The notes under the pieces: generated by a model | What the model saw: only the letters and a program-made list of their open reading frames with translations | Told to the model about the DNA's origin: nothing | The model's database searches: none | NCBI RefSeq assembly: GCF_037138995.1 | Contig: NZ_JBAXHI010000063.1 | Coordinates: 1-13,064, forward strand | Reading direction: 5' to 3' | Length of the DNA: 13,064 nt | Source of the DNA: Candidatus Chlorohelix sp. | GTDB lineage: Bacteria > Chloroflexota > Chloroflexia > Chloroheliales > Chloroheliaceae | Made by a program: the position numbers and the translations under genes | Shown here: positions 8,256 through 13,064 of the stretch, in pieces | Layout: every line of letters starts with the position of its first letter | Position numbering within the stretch: the first letter of the stretch is position 1

Positions 8256-9626
8256 TCAAGACAGGCGTGCCTCTAGATATTCGATTACTTCCCGTATTTC
8301 ACTTTCAATTGTCCACTCTTCCGGGTCTAGCAAGGTACACTCGATATTTGCCGACTGATTTTGTCCCTCTACCAGCACTTTTTGTAGAATAGGTGGAACT
8401 GCCGGGTAATCGGAGCCACATAACAAGCATACATAAGCTTGTCGCCCAGAAGAACGTAATTTGAAGTTTACTTCCACCAACCTTTTACCGGTGAGCATGC
8501 CGTTTGGACTGCGTTCCGGGGCATCGTTCGCATCAAGCACATAACTTAATTTTTTCAGCCGGGTTATTGCTTGCACAAAAGAAATACCCTCAGATTTTTC
8601 AGTCGGTGTACTGTTGAAAGCATTTGCACTGAAAGGCACTTGACCAGAGTCCTGTTGGTTTGTCTCAGCGCCAGTAGGCTGGCTAAAACCTCCAGGCGAC
8701 TGGGCATACCCGGTACCCTGTGCCGGTTCAGTTGGCAGATAGTGATTTGGCGCGGGTTGGAAAGCGTTAGGGGCATATTGGTTAGGCATAAAACGGTTTA
8801 CTGGAGCATTAAGATAATCCATACCGCCTCCGCCCATTTGCTGAATAATCTGGGGAGCAATTGCTTGGACATTTTGTTGACCATAGATAAGACTACCGTA
8901 AGTTATTGGAGCGTCGTAGGTAAGATCAATATGCTCACGAGTACCGGCAGCTTGCTCGGTAGCGGTACTAATGGTATTGGGTTGCTTGATCTCAGCTATA
9001 GTAATGTGTTCAACCAGTAAGCCAATGGAATATAAACGAGAGTCTTCGGTCAATGTGCTACGAATGAGGTGGTCTACGTCCACACGGCTAAATAACAGGT
9101 CATGATAATCACAGCGCCCAAAAGCTCGGCGGGTAGCCTGAGTAACACAATCCCGCAACGTTTTAGGAGCCGAAAAAGGGTTACTGCGGATGAAGCGATC
9201 TACCCCAGAATCGCCCCGTACACTCAGCACTTTGTTATCTACCCGAAAATTAACATTAAGGGTTATGGATAACTCGATAGGTTTACCGGAACGTGGCTCT
9301 TGACCATAATGGTTGGTTCTGCCAGTAAATTCATTGTGTACCGCATTAAATTTATCAGCAATCTGAATGCTTTCCTGCCGAGTATTCACAAGGACGAAGC
9401 GAATCTTGGAGTGAAAACCTGGTTTGGCTACACGATGACAGCCTGGCGGTAGAATAGCCCACAATTGATGATTTACATAAACCACCCCTGCCGTATTAGG
9501 TTCGATTTCAACCCCAGCGTTATTAAACAACCAAGACCAAAACCCAACTTCGTTAGTCTCGTCCCGTAAAATTAATACCGGTTCGGAGTTGTATGAGGGT
9601 GAAGGAATATTAGGATAGTTGCTCAT
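8256..9626 (-). CDS. Fusion protein (456 aa): N-terminal SPFH/band-7 (stomatin/prohibitin-like) domain, low-complexity G/Q/P/N/A-rich linker, C-terminal UBC/RWD-like (E2-fold) domain.
   Basis: SPFH-like, aa ~35-216 (nt ~8979-9524): VEIEPNTAGVVYVNHQLWAILPPGCHRVAKPGFH…IELSITLNVNFRVDNKV…TLRDCVTQATRRAFGRCDYHDLLFSRVDVDHLIRSTLTEDSRLYSIGLLVEHITIAEIKQP. This aligns with the HflK/stomatin pattern V.EGE.GVV.RFGK…L.PGLH…V.VD.VV.YRV.DP…TLR.V.G….ELL..R..I…L…WGI.V..V.I.DI.PP. Linker aa ~255-345. E2-fold, aa ~346-456 (nt ~8259-8591): FVQAITRLKKLSYVLDANDA…GRQAYVCLLCGSDYPAVPPILQKVLVEGQNQSANIECTLLDPEEW. Compare UBC …GG.F.L.I.FPEDYPFKPPKV.F.T.I.HPNI…G.ICLDIL…W. The HPN triad is degenerate (QNQ). A Cys is present in the ECTLL position. 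Strong SD AAGGAGA (plus 9636-9642). Confidence 0.75.
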   Translation of the reverse strand: MSNYPNIPSPSYNSEPVLILRDETNEVGFWSWLFNNAGVEIEPNTAGVVYVNHQLWAILPPGCHRVAKPGFHSKIRFVLVNTRQESIQIADKFNAVHNEFTGRTNHYGQEPRSGKPIELSITLNVNFRVDNKVLSVRGDSGVDRFIRSNPFSAPKTLRDCVTQATRRAFGRCDYHDLLFSRVDVDHLIRSTLTEDSRLYSIGLLVEHITIAEIKQPNTISTATEQAAGTREHIDLTYDAPITYGSLIYGQQNVQAIAPQIIQQMGGGGMDYLNAPVNRFMPNQYAPNAFQPAPNHYLPTEPAQGTGYAQSPGGFSQPTGAETNQQDSGQVPFSANAFNSTPTEKSEGISFVQAITRLKKLSYVLDANDAPERSPNGMLTGKRLVEVNFKLRSSGRQAYVCLLCGSDYPAVPPILQKVLVEGQNQSANIECTLLDPEEWTIESEIREVIEYLEARLS

Positions 9627-9657
9627 TAACCTGAATCTCCTTTTTCTTTAGCCAAAG

Positions 9658-11211
9658 TTAAACACGCAATCGAATTTCACCTTGTACACTGCGCTCATAT
9701 TTAGGCGCTTCCGCTACTGCTTCCAACAACCCATCAGCCCGACAGCGAATAAAGACATTGACCTCGGTCTGGGCTGGTAAATTAGGTAAATCGAACTGAA
9801 GCTCCCCTATAGTAATACACTGGGACAGTTCCGGTGTGTCACCTTGTACCAGAGAAATAACTGCCCCACCAGGGGTATTAGTGTGGTATTGGCGACTAGA
9901 CCAGTTTTGCATGGGCAGTGGGGTGCCCCTTGATAAAATTATGCTGTTAAAGTCCGGCCCATTCGGTCTGGAGGCTACTACCCCGATTGAATAAGGCAAA
10001 ATATCACTCACCTCTAGTCCGCCCAATTCATTACGTACAGCCTCACTTACTCCACCGAGGCGACCTTGGCGACCCTGACTATCCTGTTTGCTTTCTTCTT
10101 CAACTTTGATTTTGCCTGCCATCAATGCGGCACCATGCGCCACTGCTTTATCCGGATTTAGAGCGCTGTTAACTTTCTCTTTGCCAAACTTTCCGCATAG
10201 TCGTTCCCTTACTAAGGGAATACGGCTACTTCCTCCTACCAATAAAACTAGGTCGATTTGCGAAGTCGAAAGTTGCGCCTTTCCGATAGCTTGATCCATC
10301 TTTGTTTCTGCTCGAATAAGCGCCCCCTCAATCAGGCTGTTAAAAGTATCTCGGTTGAGATTTATCTGGTAAGATCTTCCCAACAAATTCAGTCGTAGCG
10401 TTGTTTCATGCCGATTGTGACCGCTCAGCTCTACTTTAGCCTGCTCTGCCCGGCGGCGCAGCTCAAAAAATTCCTGAGGGCCAAAACTGCGACGATCTAC
10501 CTGATGTTGAGAAGCCAGTTGTTGGGCGATATAGCCGATAATAGCTTCATCAAAATCTTTCCCCCCCAGTCGGTTATCGCCATCAGTTGCGAGTACCCGT
10601 ACTCTCCACCCACCGCTTGTTCCGGGTTCCATTCTTAAAATAGTCGCATCGAAAGTGCCTCCTCCTAGGTCATAAACTGCTACATTTTGAGCTACAGGCT
10701 TACGTCGCGCGGTATAATCCAGCGCGGCAGCCGTTGGTTCCGAAACCAACATTATAGAGTTGAACCCAGCTTTTTCCCCTGCTTTACGTGTACGCTCTTT
10801 CCCGCATGCGGTCATATTGGCGGGTACTGTAATAACCACCTGCTCTACAGGTTCATTTACTTCAAACTCTGCTGCTATTTTCAAACCTTTAAGGATTTCG
10901 GCGCTAATGTCTTCCGGTCTATATTGCTGATTGCGAAACTGTCGGACATATTGATCATTTTGATCACCTATCCTGCGTTTTATAAATTCTTCTACTCCTT
11001 TGGGATTAAAAAAACCAAGCTCAACAGCTTCCTGTCCAACCAGAATACGATTTTGGGCTTCATCGAAAAAAACCACGCTTGGCGTTGTATCCTGTCCATT
11101 GACAGATATAATCTCAGGCTTGCCCAGATCGTCTAGGCGTGCGATAGCTGAGAAAGTTGTGCCTAAATCAATACCTACGATCAAAGTTCTACCTCCTAAG
11201 ATTAAGTTCAT
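9658..11211 (-). CDS. Hsp70-family ATPase (517 aa): full actin-like nucleotide-binding domain plus beta-sandwich substrate-binding domain, with the helical lid essentially absent.
   Basis: Hsp70 signatures are present: IVGIDLGTTFSAIA (phosphate-1), VYDLGGGTFDATIL (phosphate-2), LVGGSSRIPLVRERL (adenosine), LVSEPTAAALDY. The C-terminal aa ~400-510 (VSDILPYSIGVVASRPNGPDFNSIILSRGTPLP…AVISLVQGDTPELSQCITIGELQFDLPNLPAQTEVNVFIRCRADGLLEAVAEA) aligns with DnaK SBD-beta (DV.PLSLGIE…IPTK…V.I.V.QGER…N..LG.F.L.GI.PAPRG.PQIEVTFDID.DGIL.V.A). The protein ends ~10 aa after this, so there is no SBD-alpha lid. Confidence 0.88.
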   Translation of the reverse strand: MNLILGGRTLIVGIDLGTTFSAIARLDDLGKPEIISVNGQDTTPSVVFFDEAQNRILVGQEAVELGFFNPKGVEEFIKRRIGDQNDQYVRQFRNQQYRPEDISAEILKGLKIAAEFEVNEPVEQVVITVPANMTACGKERTRKAGEKAGFNSIMLVSEPTAAALDYTARRKPVAQNVAVYDLGGGTFDATILRMEPGTSGGWRVRVLATDGDNRLGGKDFDEAIIGYIAQQLASQHQVDRRSFGPQEFFELRRRAEQAKVELSGHNRHETTLRLNLLGRSYQINLNRDTFNSLIEGALIRAETKMDQAIGKAQLSTSQIDLVLLVGGSSRIPLVRERLCGKFGKEKVNSALNPDKAVAHGAALMAGKIKVEEESKQDSQGRQGRLGGVSEAVRNELGGLEVSDILPYSIGVVASRPNGPDFNSIILSRGTPLPMQNWSSRQYHTNTPGGAVISLVQGDTPELSQCITIGELQFDLPNLPAQTEVNVFIRCRADGLLEAVAEAPKYERSVQGEIRLRV

Positions 11212-11574
11212 TTATTCAGGAACTTACTTCAACCATTCCATCGGCGTGATTTCCTTATCCGTCAGTACGTAGGGTTTCGTACACAATAAGGTCTATTTCC
11301 ATTATGATACAGCTAAACGTTACTGAAAGCTTATTTCCAGTTGAATTGGGAAAAAACGACTCGTACTAACTTGAAGTTACTTGATAAATATTACACCAGA
11401 ATTGCAACTAAAGTTTGTAGCATTTTAAACATTAGTTTGAGCAATTTTCGGCACATATTTGAGATTTGGTCAATCTGCAATACGTTGCATGTTCACCTGT
11501 TTGGTGGCTTAACCCAGATAGGATTATTAACAAACTGACCTTGACCGAAATAAGCTTAAATTACCCGTAACCGC

Positions 11575-12882
11575 TCAAACCATTTGGATAAGTTGCTCCC
11601 AAAATGGGGTTATATCACGATTTATCAAATCCTGAGCTTTTGGTAAACACGCTGGGTTCAAGGTAATTTCTGAGATAGAATTCTGCCCAGTAAAAACCTT
11701 TAGAATCTGAGCTTGCGCTAATATCCCCACTATTTTTTCAAAATCGGCGTTACGAACCTTCTCCTGTAAAATCCCTACTGATATTGTTTTACTACCTACC
11801 AAACCATAACCTAGCAGGTAAATTAGAAATTTACGGATGAATTCCGCTTTTGGATGAAGAGTAACGGGTACAACCAGCGGGTTTTCTGTTAGAATAATCT
11901 CCTCTACTACTTTTTTTGTTTCTTCGCTTTCTTCTGCAAGAACTACTTCAGTTTCTGAGGATGAGTCATTTATTAAAGTGGTATACACCACGATGTTAAT
12001 AACTGGTTTTAAGCAAGTAACCTGTGTTATGGAACAAGTTAGAGTAACCCCCTCTGTAGTAGCAGTAGAGCTAAACCGATTTGCCAGAACCTCTTGCACA
12101 ACATTTGCTACCTCACGTGACCCTGTGTATTCTCCTACCAATTCAATGATGCTCAGGTTATTCCAAATTGAGGGGCGCAAGTCAGAAATAGACCAGTATT
12201 CCTGACCAATAAGACTAAAAATCCCGTCATACACTAGGTTTCTCAGGTTTTCTAGAAAGTTCTTTACAACAGGTATAATGTCCTGAAGTTCATCTGGAAC
12301 CGGGAGCAAAAAAGCATAGCCTGTTGGATTTTCGGTAGGAGCAATCACTAACTCAAGATGCACTTCATCATTTGTTATCAAATCTTGTTGTTGGGCAAGT
12401 ATCTCCATATAAGACTGTAACTGAGCTCCACGGTTCTCTTGTGCCACTAGCAAGATAGAGTGATAAGATGCAGGTAGAGATTGTAATATTGTGTCACGGT
12501 TCTGTGCAAACTGTTGGTAATCATGTAATTTCCTCTCAAGTTCCGGGTCTAAATGCAACAGTTGCTGTCTCTCCGTTTCCAGAATTGACTTCCTAAGAAA
12601 TCGTTGACCAGTGACAATAAGATTATCAAGGCAGTCCTGCATAGCTAATTTTAATTTTTCCTGCTCTTCCTGGTTAAGAGTTACGGTTTGTATAGCAAGT
12701 TCCTGCTGCAAACGAACTATATGTGCTTCTTTTATCCTCATGTCACGCTGTAATATTTCAAACTGTGCAACCAAAGAACTCATTTTTGACTGCTCTGTTT
12801 GCAGTTCAATTTCGAGCGATTCCATACGTTCGTGCGCATTATTTCTCAGTAAAGTAAGATTTTCACGTAAAGAGTTAGACAT
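11575..12882 (-). CDS. Coiled-coil protein (435 aa): N-terminal ~130 aa Q/E/L-rich predicted coiled coil, C-terminal domain unrecognised.
   Basis: Long ORF. The ATG abuts the TAG stop of the upstream partial ORF (TAGATG junction). Heptad-like L/I/Q/E periodicity in aa 1-130 (nt ~12493-12882). No catalytic motifs recognised. Confidence 0.7.
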   Translation of the reverse strand: MSNSLRENLTLLRNNAHERMESLEIELQTEQSKMSSLVAQFEILQRDMRIKEAHIVRLQQELAIQTVTLNQEEQEKLKLAMQDCLDNLIVTGQRFLRKSILETERQQLLHLDPELERKLHDYQQFAQNRDTILQSLPASYHSILLVAQENRGAQLQSYMEILAQQQDLITNDEVHLELVIAPTENPTGYAFLLPVPDELQDIIPVVKNFLENLRNLVYDGIFSLIGQEYWSISDLRPSIWNNLSIIELVGEYTGSREVANVVQEVLANRFSSTATTEGVTLTCSITQVTCLKPVINIVVYTTLINDSSSETEVVLAEESEETKKVVEEIILTENPLVVPVTLHPKAEFIRKFLIYLLGYGLVGSKTISVGILQEKVRNADFEKIVGILAQAQILKVFTGQNSISEITLNPACLPKAQDLINRDITPFWEQLIQMV

Positions 12883-12885
12883 CTA

Positions 12886-13064
12886 TACCTTCAATTCTAC
12901 TGGAATATCACCCATTAAAGTGGTTATCGGTTCCGCAGTTGGTATTCTAAATGAACCAAGTTGACGCACTACTGTTGCAATCAAACTTTTCAGAGAATCA
13001 TAGGCTAGTCTTAGAGTAATTCTGAAAACTAGGTCAAGGCGAAAGTTTACAAAGCCTTTTGAAA
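12886..13064 (-). CDS. 3' end (>=59 codons) of a further upstream operon gene that runs off the window.
   Basis: The minus-strand frame is open from the window edge to the TAG at 12883-12885 (…FRIPTAEPITTLMGDIPVELKV*). The stop is immediately followed by the ATG of the 435-aa gene, consistent with translational coupling. No start in window, so function unknown. Confidence 0.4.

Noticed and set aside
2535-8776. Minus-strand internal ORFs 2535-2882, 6298-6534 and 8564-8776.
   Set aside because: They are out-of-frame overlaps inside the 1002-aa, 1004-aa and 456-aa genes, with no independent start signals.
1825-11211. Reading the locus as a canonical dnaK-dnaJ(-grpE) chaperone operon.
   Set aside because: No grpE. 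Both J-like domains lack HPD and sit in a 1002-aa polytopic membrane protein. There is no Gly/Phe region or zinc-finger CxxCxGxG repeats. The Hsp70 lacks the helical lid. An ATPase gene and an SPFH gene are interposed.
11341-11538. 65-aa plus-strand ORF in the 363-nt intergenic gap.
   Set aside because: It begins with TTG rather than ATG, has no SD, a low-complexity product and the wrong orientation for the operon. I treat the region as non-coding.
1721-12964. Plus-strand ORFs of 64-149 aa from the six-frame track: 1721-2020, 4572-4772, 5465-5662, 5774-6010, 5970-6194, 6498-6692, 6863-7060, 7970-8188, 8571-9020, 10088-10294, 10408-10638, 10687-11136, 11000-11272, 11978-12205, 12611-12964.
   Set aside because: Each lies wholly antisense to a long minus-strand gene that has clear domain content. 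They have low-complexity or odd compositions and no RBS. They are shadow ORFs.
1-13064. CRISPR arrays, tRNA/rRNA genes, and long direct or tandem repeats.
   Set aside because: I saw no regularly spaced repeats, no tRNA-like cloverleaf candidates and no rRNA-like conserved blocks. Only short palindromes at 12-32 and ~941-950 were seen.

Overview
The window has two parts. Positions 1-~990 hold decayed mobile-element material: a possible 3' gene remnant with a clean rho-independent terminator, an AT-rich spacer, and a 5'-truncated IS66-family transposase pseudogene carrying an internal TAG. From 995 to the window end, eight co-directional minus-strand genes run as one tightly packed operon that continues past position 13064. 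Read from the protein translations, the operon encodes: a partial upstream ORF; a 435-aa coiled-coil protein; an Hsp70-family ATPase (DLGTT / DLGGGTFD / LVGGSSRIP motifs, SBD-beta present, helical lid essentially absent); a 456-aa fusion of an SPFH/band-7 domain to a C-terminal UBC/RWD-like E2-fold domain (DYPAVPP motif), joined by a G/Q/P/N-rich linker; a 1004-aa HerA/FtsK-like P-loop ATPase (Walker A GTTGSGKT, Walker B LVEEAH) with a ~450-aa N-terminal extension and a C-terminal Cys/His cluster; a 103-aa highly acidic protein; a 1002-aa polytopic membrane protein with two J-domain-like modules that both lack the HPD tripeptide; and a ~275-aa acidic protein translationally coupled 3 nt after the membrane protein. 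The window contains no grpE, nurA, sir2, E1, Ubl or nuclease partner. I do not recognise this gene set as a described system. I read it as a candidate novel membrane-associated, NTP-dependent conflict/defence or membrane quality-control module in an accessory, IS-flanked region. All domain calls come from motif reading by eye and need profile or structure searches.
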